From positions 13,578,001-13,642,000 of the forward strand of contig NC_045714.1 of NCBI RefSeq assembly GCF_009834535.1: DNA of 64,000 nucleotides. Reading direction: 5' to 3'. The notes beneath the pieces were generated by a model. That model was not told the origin of the DNA. It saw only the letters and a program-made list of their open reading frames with translations, and ran no database searches. The position numbers and the translations under genes were made by a program. The DNA comes from Camelus ferus (lineage: Eukaryota). This document shows positions 47,400 to 60,569 of this stretch, piece by piece; positions within the stretch are counted from its first letter, which is position 1, and every line of letters starts with the position of its first letter.

Positions 47400-47575
47400 G
47401 CTGCTCCCTGCTTCTGCCTCCTTGCGAGGGCTGCTGGATTAGGGTGCACCCCACGACCTCATTTTAACTTAATTACCTCTTTAGAGAGTCTGTCTCCTGA
47501 AGCAGTCACACGCTGAGGTCCTGGGGCTTCGGGCTTCAGTGTGTGAACGGGGGTGCACAGTTCCGCCCACAGCCG
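47400..47575 (-). mobile_element. MLT1 LTR fragment
   Basis: GGATTAGGG...GACCTCATTTTAACTTAATTACCTCTTT...CAGTCACA..CTGAGGT..TGGGG. Confidence 0.85.
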
Positions 47576-49289
47576 AGGGGTTCTCTCCTGCGCAGTTGTT
47601 GGCCGTGAGTTGGCCCAGAGTCCCTGTGGCTTTTACCTTGTGCCCAGCCCCTACACGCCTGTCCAGCGTCCTGCAGCAGGACGAGAGGGGCACAGTCCCC
47701 GAGCTCTGCACGCGTCCCCCTGGTCAGAGCTGGTCCCGGGGTCATGCCTCCTTCCAGGGTGGAGAGGGTGACTCTCTGTCCCCGGGGGTATCGGTGGCTA
47801 GCTCCCACTCCTCCCCTGCCGCCCCCAAATCCTGAGCAGCCTCGGCCGAGGGAGGTGACCGATTGGTCTGTGGTCAGGTGTGGACAGGTGGGCAGAGGAA
47901 GGGCCGGAACAGACTGAGCAGGACCTGGGGTCCCCTGCTGTGTCTGGCACCTAGACAGAGCCCCCGCCCTTTCCGGGCAGGCGTGCGGGGAGCTGGGTGG
48001 GCAGTGAAGGAACAGGAACATATTCCTTATCCAGTTTAGAAACTGCAGTTAGAAAGATCTTGCATGTGGTAGCACATTTAAAGAACTGACTTTATGAAAG
48101 GCAAAAAATTACATGAAAAGACATGAAAATCCAGCCAAAAGCCTATTGGTTAATACAGCTTGTGCCCTGGAAATTGGGAGGATGTTGGGAAATATTCATG
48201 AAGCCGGCCCACGCCACATTTGAAAGGGAAGGCTGCAGAATGTGGGAGAACAAATACCCAGGTTTCAATGGCTAATTCATGGGGAATTCACGTGCTTTCT
48301 GTCACAGGGTTTCAGCTTCCGGTCTTGGGGTTTTGGTTCTGTTCACAATCTCTTCCCAGGGGTGTTCAGTGCACCCTGCAAACACTGGGCCCGTGGGGGT
48401 AGCCGGGGGCGTCTCCTGGCCCAGGGAGGACCTTGCAAAGCCACCAGTAGTGAGAGAGGATTCGAAAGAACCGCCCCGTTCGGTAGATGTCTACATCTCT
48501 AGTACCTGACTTTGGGATAAACTCTTCAGAACTTGGACGGAATCCGTGTGTCTTCAAGGCAGATTCCCTTGGCAGAACCTGATGTGTGGGAACTCGGTGG
48601 CTTCCAGCGATTCGGTTGCTCCTGAGTTGTCCTGCTAAGGCAGTAATCCAACAAACAGACCACGCGGTGGACGCCCTGCCGGCCCCTCTCCGGGCACCGA
48701 AATCCCCGCTTCCTTTCATGTCTCTCCCTCGTGCTCCATCACAGGAGGCGGGCGGGAGGACAAACCTGACGAGTCCCTGTGGCCCTGAACTAGGCTGCTC
48801 CCTGCCATTCACCCGCGTGCCCAGAGGGTGTCAGAGGGGAAATTTGGCGTCTCTTCCGTACCACTCCAGAAAATCATTGAATACCGCAGTCATCATTAAT
48901 TCCGTTAGGATTTGCTCAGGTTATTAATCAGAACACGGAGTTCCCCATCATCTGCCATCACAGCACCGCAGCCCATACTTGACGCCCGCAAGTCAGCATG
49001 TAGAGGATGCTTGTGCAATTGAACGAGCGGGGTAAATAAGGCGCAGGGAGCTCACACCTCAGAACAGCGATGGGGCCTGGGAGGGGTTCGCCAGCACCAG
49101 CTTTAGTCGGGCCGAGCTCAGTGTCCGCTGCCTCTTCCTTTGTGTTACCACGTGGGGTGGGTTTTCTGTTTTCAGCAAGCATATCGGTGAGTCTCCTATC
49201 TGTAAACAGAATCAATCAGACACTGAAAAGTGCAAATGACAAAGCAAACACGGGGTGCCCACCACCCGGAATTAATAGGTGTTAACTGA

Positions 49290-49520
49290 CTTTTTGCAGA
49301 AATGAGATCATCAAGGGAAAGACGACATCCCCTTCTGTCCCCAGAAGTGACACTTCTGAGTGTGGCCTCTCTCCACCCAGGCTCTTGTACTTTTCCTATG
49401 CCATGTGTGTGCAGAGGTTACACTAAACTTTTTGTCGACTTATCTGGACTGTGTGTACGTGGCATCCCACCCTGCCGTCCTGGAATGCACTCATTGGGCA
49501 CGGTGTTCTGTGCCCCTCTG
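49290..49520 (-). mobile_element. Possible L1ME-type remnant
   Basis: Loose similarity only (CCCCAGAAGTGACACTT, AATGAGATCAT, TGTGTACGTGGC). Confidence 0.3.
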
Positions 49521-52500
49521 CTCCCTCCAGAGCCCCTGAGAGGGTTGCTCCAGATGGCCCCTCAGAGTCAGGGGTGGACCTGGGCAGTGAAATGCGGGTG
49601 GGGTGGGGTGTGTCACCAAATGTCGCCAGGTTTAACCACCCCGGGAGGGCATTCAGGACCCTCCCTCTCGTATGGAACTCCTTCCCATCCAAGCAGCATG
49701 GAATGCTGGACCCGGGTCCACGGGGCAGCTGCCCCGGGGTGGCTGACCTGGAGACAGACTCCTCGTATGGGGTTCAGCTACTGAGACCTGGTGGCTGGTT
49801 GCTGGTGTAGCAGAACCCGCCCTGCCCTGACCCATAGGGGTCGGTTCCAATTTTGTGTCGTCGCAAGCAGTGTGGCAACGTGGAGCCTTATGTGCAACTC
49901 CTGGCCCAGGTGCTCACGCCTGCTGAGGTGCCTGCCTGGATTCTCTGGGCCGAAGGGCTGTTTCACCGTCAGCTTTCCTGGCGTGGCTCACTTGCTCTCC
50001 ACAAAGGCTGTGCCGCGTGCGCACAAGCCCTCTCCTCCCGACGGCCCCAGCGCATTTTAGACGTCGCGTTGGCTGGCCCGAGGCGTGTGAAGTTCGTTAC
50101 TTCCCTGCTCCCACCTCCCCTAGATGGCCCCTCTGCAGACGCAGTGTCAGCTGTGAGGCTCTGATGCACTGGAGTCCCCACGGTCATGAAAGGAGCGGCC
50201 CTGGCGGTGAACAGGAATCCCTGCTCTGCACAATATTGGGGAGCTTTCTGACACTGACACAAGAGAAGAAAGCCCTTACCAGCTCAGTGAACTTTGGTAG
50301 CACGTGGGGAACATTTTATAAGCAGAACATCTGAAAAGGGTTTTCTGTTCCTTTTAATAAATAACTCCTGCATCAGAAGCGCCATCAATGCGCGTACACC
50401 TTGTCCCAGGAGGTGGGGTTGGAGCCGCACCTGCCCTTTGAAAGGGTCCACCTTGACTCTACAAATGATGCTTCGAGTTCCCATGATTTGGAAAAGTGAG
50501 TTTCTTTTGTGAGTAAAAGTTTGGATGGCAGAGTTGGGCTGGGCCATAAAACGTTGCTAAATTCACGGATGTCACTTAGCTCTGCTAATTTCACAGCCTT
50601 AATAGGTTTCGTTTGTCACTTGCGACACTGCCAACCTGAGCACCATTTTCGTTCTAATTTCAGTTATTAAAAGAATTTTTAAAAACCCAAGGTGCTGAGG
50701 GCACATCGGAGACAGAGGCTGAGGGGTTTAAGCAAGAAGCAGCCCGGCCGAGCGACCTCGCACGACAGGGCTGCTGTAGAAAGTCACAAACCGCAGCTCT
50801 GGAACACCGCTCTCCCGAGCGCTGCGCGATTGCAAGGGGTCCCGAGAGTGTCCGCCAGCCTTTAGTAATGTCTCGCAGAGCTGGTACCTTCCCTGCCCTG
50901 AAGCTGCGGAGAGGAAGGTCCTCCCAGCCCCCGCCGCCCGCTCTGGGGCTGCAGGAGCATCTGGGAGGCGGACACGTTCTCAGCCATCCCCTGACGTCTG
51001 CAGCATCACGTCCTCGTGCCCTGGGCCTCAGATATCCTCTTTAAAAATGGATCATTTGAATTCAGATCCAGACAGGGCCACACTCTGTGGTCAGCTGAGG
51101 CGCCTTCAAAATGCCTTTGACTGACGAGTTGCCCTGGCTCTGTCTTTCCGGTGGGGCAGGAGGTGGAGGTGTGACCTTAGAACCCCCACCCTGGGTTTGC
51201 ATCCTCACCGCAGGTGGGGGTTAACAGTCTCCTCTCCCCCTACCCCGGGTGCCCTGGTGCTGGGAGTCGGACCCAGGGGCCCGAGGAGCTTCCTGGCAAT
51301 TTGTTTTGGGGAAGAGTCCAACTTTCTGAGGTGGCCAGGTCTTCCATCAGGGTGAGGTCCGGTGCCCTACACGCTTTAAAAGTTAGAAATGATCAGAGAG
51401 ATGTGGGGGTGGAAATGCAACAGAGAATCATCCCACGACCTGCATAGCTAACAGGAGCCCAGCCCTGCACTCAGGTGTCCTGCGGCTTCAGGCCCAAGCT
51501 CAGGCGGTGGGATGGGGGCGACAGAGTCAGGGAGAGGGGCCAGCCTCGAACACAGGCCGCGCGGAAGTCCAGGGCCGGGGTCAGCGTGCGAGGAGACGGG
51601 GAAGAGAGACTCAAGGCCCGGGGACGGAGGGCCGAGCGGGCGTCTGAGACGCGAAGATGAATCCCTCTCTGTTCCAGCTCCACGATGTTTTACATTTTAA
51701 TTTTTTTAAACCATCACGCCAAATTCTTGGGGCAACATTTTTATTCAGATGGGTTGCATTTTCGTGATTTAAAATATCTATTTAAAAAATTAAAGCATGT
51801 TTACAGAAATTTAAATTCTCAGGGTGTAGCAAATAAATTGCCTCTAAAAGCACCCGTTTTTAAGCAATTCAAAGAAAAAAAGGAAGAGATTAGTAGCTTC
51901 TGAAGGCGCAGCCCAACCTCAGAAGATTTTAAAGAACGGTTAAGGGGGACACCGCCATGCTTGTTCTTCTAGAAAGAAGTGTCGTCAATGAGGAGACGGA
52001 GAAAGGAGGACCTGGGAGGTCACGGAGTCGGCGGGCGGTTGGAATATTGTCATCCAGCTAATGGATCAAGCGGTCTGCTCGGGGAAACGAGTTAGGAAGA
52101 TCGCGGAGCTGACACCTTCAGGGAGAACACGTTGTGCGTCTTGTTCTGTGAAATCACAAATGGCTCCGACTTCTCGGGGGAGAGGCGGGCGCGGCAGGAA
52201 GGAGGTGACGTTGGGGCTAGGTGAAGGCCCACAGGGCTGCTGTAAGCAGCATCGCTCGGTCTCGCCAAGTCTCGACTCTGCAGGCCTGTCCTCCCGGGAG
52301 GTGAGCAGCGGTGTCTCCCCTGCTTCTAACGCCACGATGAGCCGCCCTTCCGACCCCGAGGTCCAGCCAATAGCAGCTGATGTAAGATACAGCGTTCCAG
52401 TCGCCGGGCAGGGCGCTGTGAGTCTTGCGGGCGGGGTGTCAGCTGACAGCCAGAGCAGGGCAGGGGGTGTCGGGAGGGCACTTAGAACCCACAGGCACAG

Positions 52501-52899
52501 CCCTGGTGTCCGTCCAAGAAGAGCACCCGGCTCAGCGACGCTAACGCAGGCGCTTCTTTTAAAAAACACGTCGGCGCTTTGAAGGAAGTGGGGGGGGGGC
52601 AGGCTCGAAGCGAGGTGCCTGTGCGCATTTGCTTTCTTCGTGGACAGACTTACGAATTCAGAACTTTCCTTGTTTAAGGATGTGCAGGCCTTTCTGTTCA
52701 CCCCTCGTGCTGTTCATGGGAAAGAATCGTCCGCACCCCTAGCGTCTTCTTGACGCGGAGAGACTAAGGAGCCACGCCCCTCACACTCCCCCGGGACCCC
52801 GTCGCCTCCCAGCGGGGGCGGCCGCCCGCGGTGGCAGCCCAGAGCACAGTCTGCGGCAACAGGCTGACCTGGGCTCGAGTCACAGCTTTGCCGTGTTGT

Positions 52900-52960
52900 T
52901 GCTGTGTGATTCTGGGCTGGCAGCTTGGCTTCTCTGAGCCTCCACCCGGCATCTGTACCA
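52900..52960 (+). mobile_element. MIR SINE fragment (degenerate)
   Basis: CTGTGTGATTCTGGGC...CTTCTCTGAGCCTC...CATCTGTA. Confidence 0.55.
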
Positions 52961-53589
52961 GGAGCGCCTTCCTCATGAGGGGGTGCACTCAGATTCCAGA
53001 GAGGATGTCTCAGGGCTCCCCTGGGGGCCCAGGGGTGTCTGGGATGCTGGAATTACAGTGTGGGACAGAGTCACTGTCTTTGTGGACCCTGGAGTCTAGG
53101 CACAGTGAGGGTGTGGGAAGTATTCCCGAAACGGGAAGAAAGACCCACAGCTGAGACGGCAGGTCTCCGCCCAGGATGAACTGTTCCTGGGTTTATAGGC
53201 GGCCCTCCCCTGGAGCTCCCCGCCGTCTGAGGAGGCCTGGCTGGCTGTGCGGACCCAGCCGTTCCTTCCCGAAGGCCTTTCTCCCCCCAAAGAGCCCCCT
53301 CCCGCCCTGGCTTCTGCAGCATCCGCTGCCCGGGTACCCCCACAGCCTCCCCAGCTCAGGGCCCGTCGGCCCCCGGCCTCCCCTTCCTTCCTTCACGTCC
53401 CTCTCAGACTGGGGTCTTTCCTGCCTCTCCACTGGGTTCCCCCCTGAAATCTCCGCACCTCTGCCTGCTCCTGGGGCTCCCATGACCTGGCCCCACCCCG
53501 CCTTCCCGCCCTCTGTTCACACCTCCCTTGGGGTCTGCGAGAGCCCCACCCTCGTGGTGTCCATCCCCCACTCTGGAACCCTGTCTCCC

Positions 53590-54130
53590 GGTGGACCCCT
53601 GCACTGTGCTCCCAGGCGCCCACGCCTCCCGCACGGCCGCCTTCTGCATCCCTCCCGGGCCGCGCTCCCCTCGCCGCCCCTTGCCGCCCCCACCCCCCGG
53701 CGAGCGCCCTGCAGGCGCGAGATCCGCCCGTTGGAAGGCAGGGATGAGGCTGCGCTTCCCTCCTGGTGGCAAGTTGCCGAGAGGCAGAGAGGGGCGCGTG
53801 GGGCGGGGGGACAGGCGGTCGGACAGGCTGTCAGAATCCGGGCTCCGCCGCCCACCGGCGAGATGTGGGCTTGATGCCTTAACGTGACATTTGGATCCTC
53901 AGGGACAAGCTGCGGGTAACAATGGTCCCGCCTCCTAGGGTTTCATGACACTTCAGTGAACACGGGTGTGTGGAGTCTCAGACGCGGGCTCGGCCCGTGG
54001 CCGGCGCCGGGCGCCTGTCAGCCAGTAAGCATGTGAAGACTGTCGTGCGTGTTTCAGGGCCCGGCACACCCTAGGTGCTCGATCCATGCTGCTGAAGGAG
54101 CAAGTGAGGACTCCTCCTCCCCGCGCTGTC
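53590..54130. promoter_or_regulatory. CpG-island-like patch
   Basis: Very high GC and CpG by eye, e.g. CCCGGGCCGCGCTCCCCTCGCCGCCCC and GGCCGGCGCCGGGCGCC. No TSS evidence. Confidence 0.3.
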
Positions 54131-56168
54131 GGCGTCTCACTCACAGCAACTCGGTCCTTTTCCTTGCTTTACCTGGCAGAGCTCGCTGGGGTGTAGAACA
54201 GCGCAGAGAAGTCCGCAAACCACTGGACTTCCACAGAGTGAGTTTGCACGCATGACCAGCAGGTAGATGGGAGAACGGGGCCTCTCCGGCGTCCCCAGAA
54301 GCCCCTCGTGCTCGGCCAGTCCTGTCCTGGGAGGCGGCCGCTGTCCTGACTCCCTCAGCACAGGTCACCTTCGCCATCCGCGGAAGCGCACGGCATCCTC
54401 CATTGGGCTTCTTCCTTCCCCCAGCTCGAGGGGAGGTGTGGCTCCCACTCTCCTGTGGGACAGCGACCTGCTGTGGACACCAGGACAGCGCTGCTGGCCT
54501 GCCCAGCTCCCCACCGGGCCTCGCCTCTCTGCCTCGAGCTCCGGGCCCCTCACCTGGGGGAAGCAGTCACTTGCTTTCCGTGTTTCCGATTATATTCACC
54601 TCTGGAGCCGTTTGTGCAGAGACTAAAACGGATTTGATGTGATGAATCACAAAATCGCACCCTTTATTCAAAAACTCCATGTAAACAGCAGTTCCATTTG
54701 GGATGAATTGGACCCATACAATGAGTTATAGGCTCATTAGAGTGGCAGAGCGCCTTCCTCTATCATATCAAGTTTACTTAAATCACACAGAACGTTCATT
54801 TTTAGAAACACTTCGCACCCACCTCAAGGAATCATCGGGGTTGCTCTAGGAGACACGACACAATCCCGTTTTTAACGGGATGCACGTGGCTTGCGATTGT
54901 GTGGCAGCCTGATTCCATTATGCCTTCCCTCTGGGGACAGCCCAGAAAGATTGATTACACATTAAAAACGGTATTAAAGGAAGAGACAGCCTGCGTGTCT
55001 TCTGCCTGTGGCTCTGAGCGTGGCCCCACCCTCTCCCTCACTCAGATGCCCCCCACCCCCCCTGTGGTGGGATCGTTCCCTGCACCCCTGCCCCCAAGGG
55101 ACACGTGCACATTCCTCTGCCTTTCTTCTGAAGAGTCTCGACCATGGCATGTGCCAGCGATGGTGACAAAGGTGTGCATTTGGGCATCGCTGAGTCATCC
55201 AGGCCTGGGTCTTTTCTGGAAAATACACCCAGGATGATGTGGGCAGACACAGGCTTTGTTCTCTGGTCGGCTCCTCATGTGTGTGCCCCCAGGACCCAGA
55301 GGCGGGTGGGGAACCACTCCAACCTTTCTGTGATTGAGGAAAGCCTGGTGGGTGGGGTGGGGGTCGTCCAGTCCTCCGTGCAGAGACCGTGTTCCAATCA
55401 CCACCAGGACCCCGGGTGCTCCTTACACAGACTTTTATTAAATACAACGAGTCCTTCAGATGCAGTGGCCAGAGTCCAAATGTGAACTTGAATGTTTCTT
55501 AACTGAGCCACAGTTGAGAGCAAACAGACCGCAGGCGCCCTCTCGTCCGTCACACAGCCCTTCTGTGATCTGGAGTTCCCGCTCCAGGGGCCATCCCCGC
55601 TGAAGACGTGCACACTCGTTCACCATAGCACCGCTGTTCACAGAGGCCACACGCGTGGATCCACGTGCGTCCCGTAGCCTCGGTCCAGGTCCCCAGGCTT
55701 CAGGGTCACCGGCCCCATGAGTGTCTGGCCCCGAGACCGGTGAGCGGTGGCTCTGCCCTGCTCAGGGGTGTCCCAGACCAGGGGCACCAGGCCCCAGGGC
55801 CCCGGGTAGCCTGGCCCTCCTCCCGCAGCTCTGGTCTGTGCCTCACTTTGGGGCCTGATGAATAGAAATGTCACTGGAAATTGATTTTCCATTTGGCCAA
55901 AAGAGAAGTTTATTTCTGGGTCTTTCCAAATGTAAGGTCATCGCTTAATGAGTCAGAGAAATTTTTATAAGTTTTAACCTTGCTGTTGTGTGTTTCCGGG
56001 TGCTGTGTTCACGGGTGAACGGACACCCTACGTGCCACGAGCTAATAACCAGAAAGGCCAGGCTTGGCCCCGTGGGGACAGGCGACAGGAGGACCGGGCT
56101 GGCCTCACTTCCCAGCCACCCTGTCACCAGGCAGCCCACCGTGGTTCAGAGGGTTCTGTGGTCGAAGA

Positions 56169-56385
56169 CAAGGGTCCAGAAATGTTTTCCATCAAAGGGC
56201 CGGCTGGTAAACAGTTCAGGCTTTGCGGTCACAGGGCCTCTGTTACGATGTCCACTTCTGCTTGTAGCACAAAAGCTGCCGGGGCAGTAAGGAGCCAGCG
56301 GCGGGGGCCACCTCCCCCAGAACTGCTCCCAGGACCAGGTGGCAGGTCCGATTCAAGCTCGCAGGCCACAGTTTGTTGACCTTTG
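56169..56385 (+). mobile_element. MER58A hAT-Charlie MITE, full length
   Basis: AAAGGGCCGGCTGGTAAACAGTTCAGGCTTTGCGG...TTGTAGCACAAAAGCTGCC...GCAGGCCACAGTTTGTTGACC. Possible TSD GTCGAAGA / GTCCCAGA (6/8). Confidence 0.85.
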
Positions 56386-57729
56386 TCCCAGAAGACCTTT
56401 AGTTTTGTGTGACGTGGCCAAGACGACGCTGGGGGAGGGAAAGCAGTTCACCTCCAAGGCCGCCTCCGAGTGGAGGCGAGTTTTACGCACGGCGAGCCCT
56501 GGCTCTGCTTGTGTGCTAACTGAGCTTCGTAAGGTGACAGCTGCTGTCCCGGCAGCTCAGAGGGCGGGAAGAGAGAAAATTCACGGGCAAAACTGCCGCT
56601 CGCTCGCTCGCGGTCTTATTCCAGGTCGAGCCTTTGTCTCAGCGGAGTCGCCGCCCTTCTGCGTGCGCTTGGGCTGCGGGGTAGGGCACCCACTGGGTGC
56701 TTGAGCGTTTGTGAGCTTCCTGGGTGGATGGCTCGGCTGGAACCCGCCCAGTCTTGTTAACAACACTAATGTGCAGCTGCCTGCTGTTAATCGCGCGAAG
56801 ACGAACTCGGGCCGTTCTGTTCTGGTGGAGCATCCCTGACTCTGGTTACGTGATAACCATGCAATGCTGGATGTTAGAAACGAGGCCCCCGAGATGCATT
56901 AGCTGTGTGGTGCGCCGTCGCTAAGTGAGCGTCAGTGTTAGTATCAAGGTAATTCAAAGCAAATTTCCAGCTGTGACGATAAAATGGTTCTTGTAGTAGG
57001 TTGGGGTTTGCGCAGAAATTGCCGGTTAGAAGGAGAGCGGTTCTGTTTTCAAGCTGGAATTTTGGTGGGTTCGTTTTACTGACTCATTTTCATTAAATTC
57101 TGAACAATTTTTTTTAACCAGTGTGGTAACAGCACACTAGGGAAACTGTGATTATGGGTCCACAGAGAAATGGGATCTTTCCCACCCCGTTTAGCCTGTG
57201 GCAGTTTTCAGTCTAAGTGCACAGTTCTCGTCTGGGTCCAGGATAAAAAGGAACCTCGGTAATTGATACCAGGAGGCCGCCCGGGAGCGTTTGTCCTGAG
57301 CCTGGAACTGTCTCTGAGAGCCTGGTGCTGGCTGTGCCTTGCCCCCAAAGCCCTGTTTCTGTTCTCCTTGCCTGTTTTCACTGCAGACAGTGCCCATGGA
57401 GAAGTTAATTTCCAGGGCAGACGTGTGAGTAATTAGATTTGCTCTTAAACCCTTTCTCTCGTTCTGACACCAAAGGGCTGGGAGAAGAGCGTGTAACCAC
57501 AGTTGCCTGTAGTCAGATGACCGTCCTCTGCCCGCCGCACTGGACTGAACCCCTTGTCTGCCTTCCATTCCCCCCACACAATGTAGCAGATGCGCAGTCA
57601 ACACGTGTCGGCTCGTGACCGGGGATCCCCAAGGGTGCCTTGGTGGCACTTGGTCCCAGGAGAGTCACGAACGACGTATCACACGTCCTCTCCCCTTGTC
57701 AGCGTCACCACTCCTCGTCATCCTCTCGA

Positions 57730-57870
57730 GTCATCACCGTCGCTTACCGAGCGCCTCCTACCATCTGTGTATCGCATTCACCCGTCAGAGCCTCACCCCA
57801 CCCTGTGGGGCAGACATGGTTACTCTTCCCATTTCACAGATGAGGAGACTGAGGCACAAAGGGGGCAAAC
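57730..57870 (-). mobile_element. MIR SINE
   Basis: CCCATTTCACAGATGAGGAGACTGAGGCACA. Confidence 0.85.
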
Positions 57871-60569
57871 CTCTAGGAAGAAAGCTGGAGTCGGTATTGA
57901 CCGCGTCAGGGTGGTTGGAGACCCCCCTCTGACCTACGTCCCTACGACGTGGGGAAGGTCCCTCTGACGTGCAGAGCAGCGACCTCACCTCCAGGGCTGC
58001 CAGAGAGCCGCAGCCCCGGGGAGAGGGCTGCTGGGCTTCTGGCTGCCAGTTGGCCCCAGTCTCACGTTCCCCTCACTAATCAGTCACCAGCTGTGCTGAG
58101 TGGCTTTAAGGAATAAATCCCTTTCTCCCTGTTGGGCAGGCCTGGGGGTGCTCACCGGGAAACAGCATGTTTGTTCATTGGAACGAATGGGCTGTTCTGA
58201 GAGAGGAGGACCTGTGAGTCCCTGGCAGGAGCCCGCGTGCTGGTGAGAGAGGAGAGGTGGTGCGTCATCATGTCAGAGCCTGTCCATGAAGACCACGTGT
58301 AGAGCTCCCGGGGGGCTTCTCCATCCTTCGCCTGGGTACCGGGCGCCGTGCCGCTGGCCTCCCAGGGCCCTCTCGCTTGCCAAGGCAGTGCTCGTGAGAC
58401 CAGGCAGCTCACGTGCAGCCCTGCTCCAATAACATGGGTGGGGAGAGAGAAACGGAGAACTGCCCAAACACTAAACCTTCCGTCCCTGGGCTCAGGACCA
58501 GCCCTTCTCCGGGTTCTAGCTGCCAATGCGCCCTCTTTCTGGGCAAGTCCGGGACCAGGATGGTGGCGATGCCATTCCCCGAAATCTTGGCCCACTCGGC
58601 TGCCAGGGAGAAGGATGTCCCTCTGAGTGGGTGGTACCCAATCCCTACTCTGATTCTTGGGGCCGTCATCTGGGAGGAGCAGGGGTGCCAGGTGGGGGCC
58701 GGCCACGTGCACCCCGACCTGCAGCGTCTGGCGGGACCGGAGCCCAGAGCAGCCCTCGGCGGCCCGGCCCGCAGAGCGGAGAGAGCCACCTTGTAAGGCG
58801 GCCGTTCCGACCTTGAGTTGCTGAAGGGAAGAATCCAGAATCCATCCAGCTCCTCTCACCTTCCCACAGGAATGGTTCTCTGATGTATTATTTTAATTAG
58901 AGGCTTTTAAGCTTTAATTTAAGAAGTTAAATAAGCCGACTTTCTATGTTAATCGTGGCGGAGCGAATTATCACCCGGTTACAGACGCAGGCTCTCCCCT
59001 GACGTGAGATCACTGTCCTGATAGGACCCTAGACTCTGAGCCCCACGAGTGGGCGTCTCAGCTTCGGGCCGAGGCCTCCCGGAAGCCAGGCCGGCCCGCC
59101 TGGATCAGAGCGGTTCCCACTGGCCCTGGGCCCAGCCTTTACTAGCCTTGAGGTGTGGGCGTGAACTCGTGGGAACCCAAGCTTGGCTGCCGCGCACCAG
59201 CTCTGCTTCTCTCCCTATGTCCCCTTGCTGGCTCCAGGAAAGCCATGGACAGATGGCCACCTTCAAAGGCGGACGCTCACTGTGTGACGGGGTGGCTTCT
59301 GCTTCTCGAAGCACCAGGCAGAGGTCCCCATGGGTCTGGAGCCCCAGCGCTGGGATTCCAGGCGCCGGCTGGCACCCCCCTGCCTCCTGCCCACTGCATC
59401 CAAGGTCTTGCCATCACTCGGAGGAAACATTTGCTCCCACTCGTTCGCTGCCTTTTGGGTCAGCTATTTGCACTGAGCGAGGGCTGTGGGCTGCTGGGTC
59501 TGCTCTGGGGCTGTGGGGCCGTTGTCCCCATCAGCCCTCATGGCCGTGCGGTGCAGCAGGCCAGGTCTCGCTGCCCTGGAGTGGATTCTGCGGGGGGGCC
59601 CCCTCCCCCAGGCTGCCTCGGGCTGTGTGCAAATGCAGTGTTCCCCTGCGGAGTCCTGTCCTCGGGGTGGTGAAGGCAGGAAGTGCGCAGGCACCACAGC
59701 ACAATCATTTTTTAGCTTCTGTACCAATGATGACGAATTGGATTAAAAATTGACCACACGCCGGCCGAGTAAATATCCGTGGATTACCGACTACCGAGTG
59801 CGAGGGACCGTCGCCACTGCCAGTGCAGGGCACTTTACGAGTTTTTAACCACGTCTTCCATACTGCCCTTCCCTGAGATGGATGGAACACTGCATGAGCC
59901 GGGGGCGGGGGGGGGCGCTATTTCTCCGGGCGAGGTCTGCAGGGCCCCGGCACCCTGCAGGAGAGGCTGTCATGGCCCCGAGGACCTGTCGGTGTCCAAG
60001 GGACCCCATAAAACCTCAGCAGCGGCCCATATCTACCCCAGCCTCACTGAGTCACCTTCTCCCTCACCGGTCACTGCCTGAGAGACAGAGAGATGAAACC
60101 CCAGAGAACAGCTGTGGGAGGCCCGCTCTATTCAGGGGAAGGTCGCTGGGACCAGTGACAGCTCCACTTTCTGACAACTCTCTGGGCCTGCACAAACTTG
60201 GGCAAGTTTAGGGTTTGCCACAGAAGTCTACTGAAAACATGCAGACTGTCAGTACAGAGCAGAGCAGACCGCGGGTCTTCCTGGCCCAAAGCCCAGCGTG
60301 CTGTCGTCAGCCTGCGGTCCTGCCAGGCCGGGAGGGCTCTGCCTGCCCTGGGGACGTGTGAGCGCACAGGAGACCCCCAGTGTTGGGATCCACAGGCCCC
60401 TTAACCCAACCAAATGCCGTCCAAAAGCCACTGTTCTTGTCTCTATTAAAACAGCCATCAGAGAGTCCCCTGTACAGTCAGTAAACCTGTCCTCGTGCAC
60501 ACGGCCAGAAACAAGGACCCTCTTCTTTCTGGAGTCTTCTGGGGGACACAGTAACTAACCTGTGCTCTT

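Noticed and set aside
53176-53874. Long ORFs of 200-235 aa (also 10122, 26897, 34234, 46756, 52066, 58152, 59049)
   Set aside because: Pro/Gly/Arg/Ala-rich translations with overlapping ORFs in several frames and strands, and no recognisable domain. This is expected from stop-codon depletion at high GC.
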